From assembly GCA_965219665.1 (NCBI GenBank), contig CBDCOD010000024.1, forward strand, positions 209,633-273,632: 64,000 bases of DNA, given 5' to 3'. The DNA is from Gammaproteobacteria bacterium. GTDB lineage: Bacteria > Pseudomonadota > Gammaproteobacteria > CAKMZV01. Under the pieces are notes generated by a model, which was not told the DNA's origin, ran no database searches, and was given only the letters and a program-made list of their open reading frames with translations. Below, in pieces: positions 43,284 to 52,887 of the stretch. Made by a program: the position numbers and the translations under genes. Within the stretch, counting starts at the first letter, position 1, and each line of letters begins with the position of its first letter.

Positions 43284-46200
43284 ATGCATACGAACAATAC
43301 ACATAGCAATACACATAGCAGTACATTTAACAATACACTGTATTCCATCCAAAAACGGGTAGTTTTCTTGCTCTGCATAGTATCGGCATTGGTGTCGGCA
43401 TCGCTGTGGTCAATGACAGCAAGTGCAGCTGCGCCAGTTGCTTTAAGCCATATTTTGTCTGTACAAACCTACGCAGGGGGTGGGAATGGCGATGACAGCA
43501 CCTCCGATGGCGCCAGCACCAAAACCGCGCGGTTTAGTGGAGTTAGTGGGCTTAGAGTAGCACCGGATGGGCGCCTCTTTGTCGCGGACAGTGAGCGCTT
43601 ACGCGTGGTGAGCGCGGATGGCAGCACGGTATCCACCTACGCTGGTGGCGGCAGCGTGGATGTAGATAGCGCCAGCACCGCCAATATTCGTTTTCGCAGT
43701 CTCCAAGACGTAGCCATTCACCCCGATGGACGCGTGTTTGTTTTAGATGGAGGCTTCTCCTCTGGGAATCGCGTATATGTTATTAACCCAACTGGCAGCA
43801 CCGCCTCTGTTTATGCGGGCGGGGGACCAATTGGTGGCTTTGCTGGCAGTTTTGCAGATGGTGCCAGTACTACCACTGCGCGCTTTGACCGACCTTTGGG
43901 GATGGCGCTTCGCTCTGATGGACGGCTTTTCATTGCCGATACAGCCAACCATCGCATTCGCGTCATCAGCGCGGATGGCGCCACCGTTTCTACCTATGCA
44001 GGCAATGGCAATCCAGGATTGCTTGATGGCGATGCGGATGCGGCTGAGTTTAATGGCCCTGTCAGCCTGGCATTTGCTACCGATGGGCGCCTCTTTGTCG
44101 GCGATGGCAACAACCGCCGCATTCGGGTGATTAGTGCCGATGGCAATACGGTTTCCACCTACGCCGGTCGCGGTGCCACTGGCGAAACAGCATTAGGTTC
44201 ACCATTCCCGCCCGCTGATAGCATTGATTTTTTTGATGTTGCCTATATTGCTATTACCAACGATGGGCGCATTCTGGTCAGCGATGATGGCTCTTCTAAT
44301 ATTCGGGTTATCAGCGCGGATGGCAGCCGTGTTTCTGTGTATGCAGGCGTTAATGTTGCCGCCTCTGACGATATAAGACCAAGCTTTCCCTCTAGCCCCT
44401 TAAATGAAGGTCTTCCTGCTGCAGAGGCGGGTTTTAGAAACCCTAGGGGCATCGCTATTGACGCGACTGGGCGGGTATTTGTCGCCAATCGCGATTTTAA
44501 CTTAGTGAGCGTTATTGCCCCCAGTTTGGCAGTGGCAGATATCCCCCCTGCGCAATTAAGCGCTGCACAGCAAGTACGCGGAGCAAGCGTCTTCAGCGCT
44601 GGCGTGGTGCAATCCCTATTTAGCGATGCGGATGGGAGCACCTTAAGCTACAGCTTGGTCGAAACCAGTTCGGCGACGGCTGTATCCTTTGCCATTGATA
44701 GCGTCAGTGGCGCTATCACCTACCTTCAGCCCACAGAGGCGCTGGCTAATACGCAAACACTGGTGATTGCCGTCAGTGATGAGCAAGGCACAGCTACTTC
44801 CCGTCTGACGGTTATTTCTGAACCTTTGAGCAACTATCCGCCCCAGTTTGGTTTATCCACCAGTGCCCTCACGCGCGCAGAAGGGTTTGCAGACCCCATA
44901 ACCATTACCATCAATGACCCAGATGATGGGGATACGGACAGTATAGAGCAGGCGATTACATACAGCCTACGCATAGACCCTAATGACTTATTGGCGCCTT
45001 TTGCAACATTTGCGATTGACCCACAATCAGGCACAATCACCATTACCAGCATCAGCGGCGTAGGCGCGTTTGGCAATATAACCGTTCGGGTTATTGCTGA
45101 TGATGGCAGTAACAGCCATAGTGAGTCCGAACAAAGCTTTACCCTCACTGTAACCCAAGTGAATAACACCCCGCCTGTGGTAGCTCCAAGCCTGCGCACT
45201 GTGCGCACCTATGCAGGCAGCGGCGGTAACGATTTTGCAGATGGTAGCGCCCTGACAGCACAATTCAACACTCCAAACGGTATTGCTCGGGCAGCCGATG
45301 GACGCATCTTTGTTGCAGATACTTTCAACCATCGTATTCGCGTCATTAGTGCTGATGGTGCGACTGTTTCCACTTATGCAGGTGATGGCGTTGCGGCCTT
45401 TGCAGATGGCAGCACCAGCACAGCACGCTTTTCCCAACCTCAAGGCATTGCCGTGGCAGCCGATGGCCGCCTCTTTGTTGCAGATGAGTTCAATAACCGT
45501 ATTCGCGTCATTAGTGCCGATGGTGCAACTGTTTCCACTTATGCAGGTGATGGCGAAGCGGCCTTTGTAGATGGCAGCACCACCACGGCACGCTTTAGTT
45601 TTCCACGCGGTATTGCCGTGGCAGCCGATGGGCGCGTCTTTGTTGCAGATACTTTCAATAACCGTATTCGCGTCATTAGTGCCGATGGTGCTACCGTCTC
45701 TACTTATGCAGGCATTGGTGGCTTTGGCTTCGCCAATGGCAGCACCAGCACGGCACAATTTAGTTTACCATTCGGCGTTGCCGTGGCAGCCGATGGGCGC
45801 GTCTTTGTTGCAGATGCTGGCAATCAGCGCATTCGCGTCATTAGTGCCGATGGTGCGACTGTTTCCACTTATGCAGGTGATGGCGTTGAGAACTTTGCAG
45901 ATGGCAGCACCACCACCGCTCGCTTTGAAGAGCCAACCGATCTTGTAGTTGCCTCCGATGGTCGCGTCTTTGTTGCTGACACAAATAACAATCGGATTCG
46001 CGTGATTAGTGCCGATGGTGCCTCTGTCTCTACCTATGCAGGTAGTGGTGCAGCTGCCCAAACCAATGAGCCTCAAAAATCACAAACCGCTCTTGATATA
46101 GATTTAAGAGAACCGCGAAGAATGATTCTTGCGCCGGATGGACGCCTCTTTTTCACTGACTCAGGTAACCATCGTATTCGCGTGATTGAAGTCATTTCCT

Positions 46201-47894
46201 CAACTTCTGAAAACTTTGGCTCTGTTACCTTAGGTGCTGAATTTCAAGGGGCTGGAACGCGCGTTATTGGCGCACAAAACCTATTTTTTGATGCAGAAGC
46301 TAATGACTTAACCTTTAGCATTCTCTCTGGTAATGAGGACGGCTTATTTGCCATCGATGCAGCCAGTGGCAGGGTTACGCTGGCAGGCAGTTTAACCGAT
46401 AGACAAACAGGGATCAACACGCTGGTTATCCAGGCACAAGATCTTGCTGGCAGCGCCACCGTAACCCTTACCATCGTAGTGGAAGAGGTGAACGATCCTC
46501 CCACGTTCGCCCTGTCTACCAGCACATTGGAATTAGATGAAGATTTCGGCACTAATACCGATATTGTGGTAGTGAATCCCGATGATGGGGACGCTGCGAT
46601 TGAGCAAATACTGACTTATAGCGTGAGCACCAACAATGTTGGCTTTACCACACTGACTATCAATGCACAATCAGGGACACTTACCTTGACCAGTATAGCG
46701 GATGCTTTTGGTGAGGCAACTCTTACCATAACGGTGACTGATTCTTCTGCTACCAACAATGAGGCAACCCAAGTCCTTAGATTACGAGTACTCTCTGTGA
46801 ATGACCCGCCTGCCTTTTCCCTCTCTACGACCACACTGAGGCTCACTGAGGACTTTGCTCAAGCAATAACTGTATCGGTGGTGAACCCAAATGATGTTGA
46901 TGGTGATGGTGATGGCATGGAGCAAACTTTAACCTATAGCATATCACCAGTTAGTTTAGAGGTGGTTGGTATAAGCTTTGATGCCAATTCAGGTCAAGTA
47001 ATTCTCAATAGCGTTGCCGATGCCAATAGCATTAACCCGATTCTGTTTGAAATAACTGCGAATGATGGTGGCGCGGTCAATAATCTATTCTCGCAGTCAT
47101 TTACCCTTGAGATTGAGCCTGTGAATGACCCAGGGAGGAATGACCCGCCTAATGTTGTGCTGTCAACTGCTGTGCTCACGCTGGATGAAGATTTTGGCAG
47201 TGCTTCTATAACTGTGGTGAGAAGCGATGACGGGGATGACACCAATCAACCTTTGACTTATAGTATAAGCACCACTAATATCGGTTTTGCAATGATTTCT
47301 ATTGATAGCAACTCAGGCGCTATAACCCTGAGTAGTGTCGATAACCAATTTGGGCAAGCCACTTTGTTTGTGACGGTGGATGACTCTGCTCCTGAGGATA
47401 ATCTTTCAATCATACAGGTTGTTGTTAGGGCACGTGCTGTGAACGATGTGCCAACTTTTACCTTATCACGAACGGCGTTGACGCTGGATGAGGATTTTGG
47501 AACCAATACGGATATTAGCGTGGTGAGTCCAAATGATGGCGACAATGGCGATCAAGTGATTACTTATAGTATTAATCCTACTAATACCGAATTTGCTACT
47601 TTAGCAATTGATGCGCAAACAGGGGAGGTTACTATAACCAGTGTCGCTAATGGATTTGGGAGTGCAGTCATTACAGTGATAGCAGAAGATGATGGTGGCG
47701 GCGATACCAACCAGTCAACCCAAACCTTTATGCTGACTGTGGTTGATAGTGTGTCAGAAGCTGCCAGCAGTGGTGGCGGAGGTGGTGGAGGCTGTAGCTT
47801 ACAGTCTGAATCAGGCGCAATAGACTGGACGCTATGGTTGCTTGCTCTATTGAGTTTAGCTGCACTGCGTGGCTATCGCCGCAGGGTATCTTAG
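43284..47894 (+). CDS. giant secreted repeat protein, copy 1: signal peptide, NHL beta-propeller, cadherin/Ig-like domains, second NHL propeller, ~5 cadherin-like domains, C-terminal GlyGly-CTERM/MYXO-CTERM-like sorting tail
   Basis: 1536 aa. Twelve NHL-type blades (e.g. ...ARF..P.G.A..ADGRLFVADT.NHRIRVISADGATVSTYAG.G...). Repeated ~100-aa modules are bounded by VNDPP(A/T)F as in cadherin-like/RTX adhesin repeats. The tail is SSGGGGGGGCSLQSESGAIDWTLWLLALLSLAALRGYRRRVS. Confidence 0.85.
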   Translation: MHTNNTHSNTHSSTFNNTLYSIQKRVVFLLCIVSALVSASLWSMTASAAAPVALSHILSVQTYAGGGNGDDSTSDGASTKTARFSGVSGLRVAPDGRLFVADSERLRVVSADGSTVSTYAGGGSVDVDSASTANIRFRSLQDVAIHPDGRVFVLDGGFSSGNRVYVINPTGSTASVYAGGGPIGGFAGSFADGASTTTARFDRPLGMALRSDGRLFIADTANHRIRVISADGATVSTYAGNGNPGLLDGDADAAEFNGPVSLAFATDGRLFVGDGNNRRIRVISADGNTVSTYAGRGATGETALGSPFPPADSIDFFDVAYIAITNDGRILVSDDGSSNIRVISADGSRVSVYAGVNVAASDDIRPSFPSSPLNEGLPAAEAGFRNPRGIAIDATGRVFVANRDFNLVSVIAPSLAVADIPPAQLSAAQQVRGASVFSAGVVQSLFSDADGSTLSYSLVETSSATAVSFAIDSVSGAITYLQPTEALANTQTLVIAVSDEQGTATSRLTVISEPLSNYPPQFGLSTSALTRAEGFADPITITINDPDDGDTDSIEQAITYSLRIDPNDLLAPFATFAIDPQSGTITITSISGVGAFGNITVRVIADDGSNSHSESEQSFTLTVTQVNNTPPVVAPSLRTVRTYAGSGGNDFADGSALTAQFNTPNGIARAADGRIFVADTFNHRIRVISADGATVSTYAGDGVAAFADGSTSTARFSQPQGIAVAADGRLFVADEFNNRIRVISADGATVSTYAGDGEAAFVDGSTTTARFSFPRGIAVAADGRVFVADTFNNRIRVISADGATVSTYAGIGGFGFANGSTSTAQFSLPFGVAVAADGRVFVADAGNQRIRVISADGATVSTYAGDGVENFADGSTTTARFEEPTDLVVASDGRVFVADTNNNRIRVISADGASVSTYAGSGAAAQTNEPQKSQTALDIDLREPRRMILAPDGRLFFTDSGNHRIRVIEVISSTSENFGSVTLGAEFQGAGTRVIGAQNLFFDAEANDLTFSILSGNEDGLFAIDAASGRVTLAGSLTDRQTGINTLVIQAQDLAGSATVTLTIVVEEVNDPPTFALSTSTLELDEDFGTNTDIVVVNPDDGDAAIEQILTYSVSTNNVGFTTLTINAQSGTLTLTSIADAFGEATLTITVTDSSATNNEATQVLRLRVLSVNDPPAFSLSTTTLRLTEDFAQAITVSVVNPNDVDGDGDGMEQTLTYSISPVSLEVVGISFDANSGQVILNSVADANSINPILFEITANDGGAVNNLFSQSFTLEIEPVNDPGRNDPPNVVLSTAVLTLDEDFGSASITVVRSDDGDDTNQPLTYSISTTNIGFAMISIDSNSGAITLSSVDNQFGQATLFVTVDDSAPEDNLSIIQVVVRARAVNDVPTFTLSRTALTLDEDFGTNTDISVVSPNDGDNGDQVITYSINPTNTEFATLAIDAQTGEVTITSVANGFGSAVITVIAEDDGGGDTNQSTQTFMLTVVDSVSEAASSGGGGGGGCSLQSESGAIDWTLWLLALLSLAALRGYRRRVS

Positions 47895-48103
47895 ATGAAA
47901 AAGGCAGAAATGCCGTTTTATGTGACACAATTGCCATTCATGCTCAAAAGCGCCTGAATGGATGGCTGCAATGTTTGCTGCGACACGTTTTCCTAACTGT
48001 TCGCAGCCAATAGTATCGTATGGTTGTGTTACAATTCTCTTAATATATATATTTATAGAACAACGAATCCATTCATTCATATCAATAATCACACAGAACT
48101 ATT

Positions 48104-51100
48104 ATGCATAAGACCAATACACATAGCAATACACTGTATTCCATCCAAAAACGCTTAGTTTTCTTGCTCTGCATAGTATCGGCATTGGTGTCGGCATCGC
48201 TGTGGTCAATGACAGCAAGTGCAGCTGCGCCAGTTGCTTTAAGCCATATTTTGTCTGTACAAACCTACGCAGGGGGTGGGAATGGCCCAGCCAACACCTC
48301 CGATGGCAACAGCACCAAAACCGCGCGGTTTGATATACCCACTGGGCTTAGAGTAGCACCGGATGGGCGCCTTTTTGTCACGGACAGTGAGCGCTTACGC
48401 GTGGTGAGCGCGGATGGCAGCACGGTATCCACCTACGCTGGTGGCGGCATCGTGGATGTAGTAGATAGCGCCAGCACCGCCAATATTCGTTTTCGCAGAC
48501 TCCGAGACGTAGCCATTCACCCCGATGGCCGCGTGTTTGTTTTAGATGGAGGCTTCTCCTCTGGGCATCGCGTATATGTTATTGACCCAACTGGCAGCAC
48601 CGCCTCTGTCTATGCGGGCGGAGGACCAATTGGTAACTTTGCTGGCAGTTTTGCAGATGGTGGCAGCACTACCACTGCGCGCTTTAACCAACCTTTGGGG
48701 ATGGCGCTTCGCTCTGATGGACGGCTTTTCATTGCCGATACAGCCAACCATCGCATTCGCGTCATCAGCGCGGATGGCGCCACCGTTTCTACCTATGCAG
48801 GCAATGGCAATCCAGGATTGGTTGATGGCGATGCGGATGCGGCTGAGTTTAATGGCCCTGTCAGCCTGGCATTTGCTACCGATGGGCGCCTCTTTGTCGG
48901 CGATGGCAACAACCGCCGCATTCGGGTGATTAGTGCCGATGGCAATACGGTTTCCACCTACGCCGGTCGCGGCGCCACTGGCGAAACAGACCTAGAGTCA
49001 CAATTCCCGCCCGCTGATAGCATTGATTTTTTTGATGTTGCCTATATTGCTATTACCACCGATGGGCGCATTATAGTCAGCGATGATGGTTCTCATAATA
49101 TTCGGGTCATCAGCGCGGATGGCAGCCGTGTTTCTGTGTATGCAGGCGCTGATGGAGTCAGCTCTGGCAACATACGAACAAGCTTTCCCTTTAACCCCTT
49201 AAATGAAGGTCCTGCTGCAGAGGCAGGTTTTAGAACCCCTAGGGGCATCGCTATTGATGCGGCTGGGCGGGTATTTGTCGCCAATCGCGATTTTAGCTTA
49301 GTGAGCGTTATTGCCCCCAGTTTGGCAGTGGCAGATATCCTCCCTGCGCAATTAAGCGCTGCACAGCAAGTACGCGGAGCAAGCCTCTTCAGCGCTGGCG
49401 TGGTGCAATCCCTATTTAGCGATGCGGATGGGAGCACCTTAAGCTACAGCTTGGTCGAAACCAGTTCGGCGACGGCTATATCCTTTGCCATTGATAGTGT
49501 CAGTGGCGCTATCACCTACCTTCAGCCCACAGAGGCGCTGGCTAATACGCAAACACTGGTGATTGCCGCCAGTGATGAGCAAGGCACAGCTACTTCCCGT
49601 CTGACGGTTATTTCTGAACCTTTGAGCAACTACCCGCCCCAGTTTGGTTTATCCACCAGTGCCCTCACGCGCGCAGAAGGGTTTGCAGACCCCATAACCA
49701 TTACCATCAATGACCCAGATGATGGGGATACGGACGGTATAGAGCAGCCGATTACATACAGCCTGCGCATAGCCCCTAATGACTTATTGGCGCCTTTTGC
49801 AACATTTGCGATTGACCCACAATCAGGCACAATCACCATTACCAGTATCAGCGGCGCAGGCGCGTTTGGCAATATAACCGTTCGGGTTATTGCTGATGAT
49901 GGCAGTAACAGCCATAGTGAGTCCGAACATAGCTTTGCCCTCACTGTAACCCAAGTGAATAACAGCCCGCCTGTGGTAGCTCCAAGCCTGCGCATTGTGC
50001 GCACCTATGCAGGCAGCGGCGTTAGCGATTTTGCAGATGGTAGCGCCCTGACAGCACAATTCAACGCTCCACGCGGTATTGCCCGTGCAGCCGATGGCCG
50101 CCTCTTTGTTGCAGATGCTTCCAATGACCGCATCCGAGTAATCAGTGCCGATGGTGCGACTGTTTCCACTTATGCAGGTGATGGCGTTGAGAACTTTGCA
50201 GATGGCAGCACCAGCACCGCACGCTTTCGTTCTCCAAGCGGCGTTGCTCTGGCAGCCGATGGGCGCGTCTTTGTTGCAGATACGGATAACAATCGGATTC
50301 GCGTGATTAGTGCCGATGGTGCGACTGTTTCCACTTATGCAGGTGATGGCGTTGAGGGCTTTGCAGATGGCAGCACCAGCACGGTACGCTTTCGTTTTCC
50401 ACGTGGCGTTGCCTTGACAGCCGATGGGCGCCTCTTTGTTGCAGATACTTTCAATGACCGTATTCGCGTCATTAGTGCCGATGGTGCGACTGTTTCCACT
50501 TATGCAGGTGGTGGCGTTCCGGGCTTTGCAGATGGCAGCACCACCACCGCACGCTTTAATACGCCACGCGGCGTTGCCTTGGCAGCCGATGGGCGCGTCT
50601 TTGTTGCAGATGCTGGCAATCACCGCATTCGCGTCATTAGTGCCGATGGTGCGACTGTTTCCACTTATGCAGGTGATGGCGTTGAGAGCTTTGCAGATGG
50701 CAGCACGACCACCGCTCGCTTTGATGACCCAACCGATTTTGTAGTTGCCTCCGATGGTCGGCTGTTTGTTGCTGATACGGGTAACAGTCGGATTCGCGTG
50801 ATTAGTGCCGATGGTGCCTCTGTCTCTACCTATGCAGGTAGTGGTGCAGTTGCCCAAGCTAATGAGCATCAAGAATTACAAGCCGCTGTTGATATAGATA
50901 TAGGCGCTCCGCGAAGAATGACTCTTGCGCCGGATGGACGCCTCTTTTTCACTGACTCAGATAGTAATCGTATTCGCGTGATTGAAGACGTTTCCTCAAC
51001 TTCTGAAAACTTTGGCTCTGTTACCTTAGGCGCTGGATTTCAAGGGGCTGGAACGCGCGTTATTAGCGCACAAAACCTATTTTTTGATGCAGAAGGTAAT

Positions 51101-52681
51101 GACTTAACCTTCAGCATTCTCTCTGGTAATGAAGACGGCTTATTTGCCATCGATGCAGCCAGTGGCAGGGTTACGCTGGCAGGCAGTTTAACCGATAGAC
51201 AAACAGGGATCAACACGCTGGTTATCCAGGCACAAGATCTTGCTGGCAGCGCCACCGTAACCCTTACCATCGTAGTGGAAGAGGTGAACCAAGCTCCCAC
51301 GTTCGCCCTGTCTTCCAGCACTTTGGAATTAGATGAAGATTTCGGCACTAATACCGATATTGTGGTAGTGAATTCCGATGATGGGGATGCCGCGATTGAG
51401 CAAATACTGACTTATAGCGTGAGCACCAACAATGTCGGCTTTACCACACTGACTATCAATGCACAATCAGGGGCACTTACCTTGACCAGTATAGCGGATG
51501 CTTTTGGTGAGGCAACCCTTACCATAACGGTGAGTGATTCTTCTACTACCAACAGTGAGGCAACCCAAACCCTTAGATTACGAGTACTCCCCGTGAATGA
51601 CCCGCCTGCCTTTTCCCTCTCTACGACCACACTGAGGCTCACTGAGGACTTTGCTCAAGCAATAACTGTATCGGTGGTGAACCCAAATGATGGCGATGAT
51701 GATGGCATGGAGCAAACTTTAACCTATAGCATATCACCGGTTAGTTTAGAGGTGGTTGGTATAAGCTTTGATGCCAATTCAGGTCAAGTAATTCTCAATA
51801 GCGTTGCCGATGCCAATAGCATTAACCCGATTCTGTTTGAAATAACTGCGAATGATGGTGGCGCGGTCAATAATCTATTCTCGCAGTCATTTACCCTTGA
51901 GATTCAGCCTGTGGATGACCCGGGGAATGACCCGCCTAATGTTGTGCTGTCAACTGCTGTGCTCACGCTGGATGAAGATTTTGGCAGTGCTTCTATAACT
52001 GTGGTGAGTAGCGATGACGGGGATGGCACCAATCAACCTTTGACTTATAGTATAAGCACCACTAATATCGGTTTTGCAACGATTTCTATTGATAGCAACT
52101 CAGGCGCTATAACCCTGAGTAGTGTCGATAACCAATTTGGGCAAGCCACTTTGTTTGTGACGGTGGATGACTCTGCTCCTGAGGATAATCTTTCAATCAT
52201 ACAGGTTGTTGTTGAGGCACGTTCTGTGAACGATGTGCCAACTTTTACCTTATCACGAACGGCGCTGACGCTGGATGAGAATTTTGGAAGCAATACGGAT
52301 ATTAGCGTGGTGAGTCCAAATGATGGCGACAATGGCGATCAAGTGATTACTTATAGTATTAATCCTACTAATACTGGATTTGCTACTTTAGCAATTGATG
52401 CGCAAACAGGGGAGGTTACTATAACCAGTGTCGCTAATGGATTTGGGAGTGCAGTCATTACAGTGATAGCAGAAGATGATGGTGGCGGCGATACCAACCA
52501 GTCAACCCAAACCTTTATGCTGACTGTGGTTGATAGTGTGTCAGAAGCTGCCAGCAGTGGTGGCGGAGGTGGTGGAGGCTGTAGCTTACAGTCTGAATCA
52601 GGCGCAATAGACTGGACGCTATGGTTGCTTGCTCTATTGAGTTTAGCTGCACTGCGTGGCTATCGCCGCAGGGTATCTTAG
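48104..52681 (+). CDS. giant secreted NHL-propeller/cadherin-like repeat protein with C-terminal sorting tail, copy 2
   Basis: 1525 aa, collinear with copy 1 and estimated by eye at about 90-95% identity. It has a shorter N-terminal repeat stretch and scattered substitutions, mostly in propeller blades. Confidence 0.85.
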   Translation: MHKTNTHSNTLYSIQKRLVFLLCIVSALVSASLWSMTASAAAPVALSHILSVQTYAGGGNGPANTSDGNSTKTARFDIPTGLRVAPDGRLFVTDSERLRVVSADGSTVSTYAGGGIVDVVDSASTANIRFRRLRDVAIHPDGRVFVLDGGFSSGHRVYVIDPTGSTASVYAGGGPIGNFAGSFADGGSTTTARFNQPLGMALRSDGRLFIADTANHRIRVISADGATVSTYAGNGNPGLVDGDADAAEFNGPVSLAFATDGRLFVGDGNNRRIRVISADGNTVSTYAGRGATGETDLESQFPPADSIDFFDVAYIAITTDGRIIVSDDGSHNIRVISADGSRVSVYAGADGVSSGNIRTSFPFNPLNEGPAAEAGFRTPRGIAIDAAGRVFVANRDFSLVSVIAPSLAVADILPAQLSAAQQVRGASLFSAGVVQSLFSDADGSTLSYSLVETSSATAISFAIDSVSGAITYLQPTEALANTQTLVIAASDEQGTATSRLTVISEPLSNYPPQFGLSTSALTRAEGFADPITITINDPDDGDTDGIEQPITYSLRIAPNDLLAPFATFAIDPQSGTITITSISGAGAFGNITVRVIADDGSNSHSESEHSFALTVTQVNNSPPVVAPSLRIVRTYAGSGVSDFADGSALTAQFNAPRGIARAADGRLFVADASNDRIRVISADGATVSTYAGDGVENFADGSTSTARFRSPSGVALAADGRVFVADTDNNRIRVISADGATVSTYAGDGVEGFADGSTSTVRFRFPRGVALTADGRLFVADTFNDRIRVISADGATVSTYAGGGVPGFADGSTTTARFNTPRGVALAADGRVFVADAGNHRIRVISADGATVSTYAGDGVESFADGSTTTARFDDPTDFVVASDGRLFVADTGNSRIRVISADGASVSTYAGSGAVAQANEHQELQAAVDIDIGAPRRMTLAPDGRLFFTDSDSNRIRVIEDVSSTSENFGSVTLGAGFQGAGTRVISAQNLFFDAEGNDLTFSILSGNEDGLFAIDAASGRVTLAGSLTDRQTGINTLVIQAQDLAGSATVTLTIVVEEVNQAPTFALSSSTLELDEDFGTNTDIVVVNSDDGDAAIEQILTYSVSTNNVGFTTLTINAQSGALTLTSIADAFGEATLTITVSDSSTTNSEATQTLRLRVLPVNDPPAFSLSTTTLRLTEDFAQAITVSVVNPNDGDDDGMEQTLTYSISPVSLEVVGISFDANSGQVILNSVADANSINPILFEITANDGGAVNNLFSQSFTLEIQPVDDPGNDPPNVVLSTAVLTLDEDFGSASITVVSSDDGDGTNQPLTYSISTTNIGFATISIDSNSGAITLSSVDNQFGQATLFVTVDDSAPEDNLSIIQVVVEARSVNDVPTFTLSRTALTLDENFGSNTDISVVSPNDGDNGDQVITYSINPTNTGFATLAIDAQTGEVTITSVANGFGSAVITVIAEDDGGGDTNQSTQTFMLTVVDSVSEAASSGGGGGGGCSLQSESGAIDWTLWLLALLSLAALRGYRRRVS

Positions 52682-52887
52682 ATGAAAAAGGCAGAAATGC
52701 CGTTTTATGTGACACAATTGCCATTCATGCTCAAAAGCGCCTGAATGGATGGCTGCAATGTTTGCTGCGACACGTTTTCCTAACTGTTCGCAGCCAATAG
52801 TATCGTATGGTTGTGTTACAATCCTCTTAATTATATATATTTATAGAACAACGAATCCATTCATATCAATAATCACACAGGACTATT

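Noticed and set aside
47728-47937. Minus-strand 69-aa ORF spanning each gene end and spacer (also 52515..52724, 57329..57595)
   Set aside because: It overlaps the conserved tail-coding region and spacer of every unit on the opposite strand. It is repeated only because the unit is repeated and has no independent coding signal.
49823-50872. Long minus-strand ORFs inside the array (e.g. 49823..50872 349 aa, 54628..55674 348 aa, 45027..45758 243 aa; Cys/Gly/Asn-rich repeats such as CISGNSRTIGTNDAN)
   Set aside because: They are antisense translations of the GC-rich, highly periodic NHL-repeat coding sequence. They recur exactly where the plus-strand gene is intact and have no start or RBS context.
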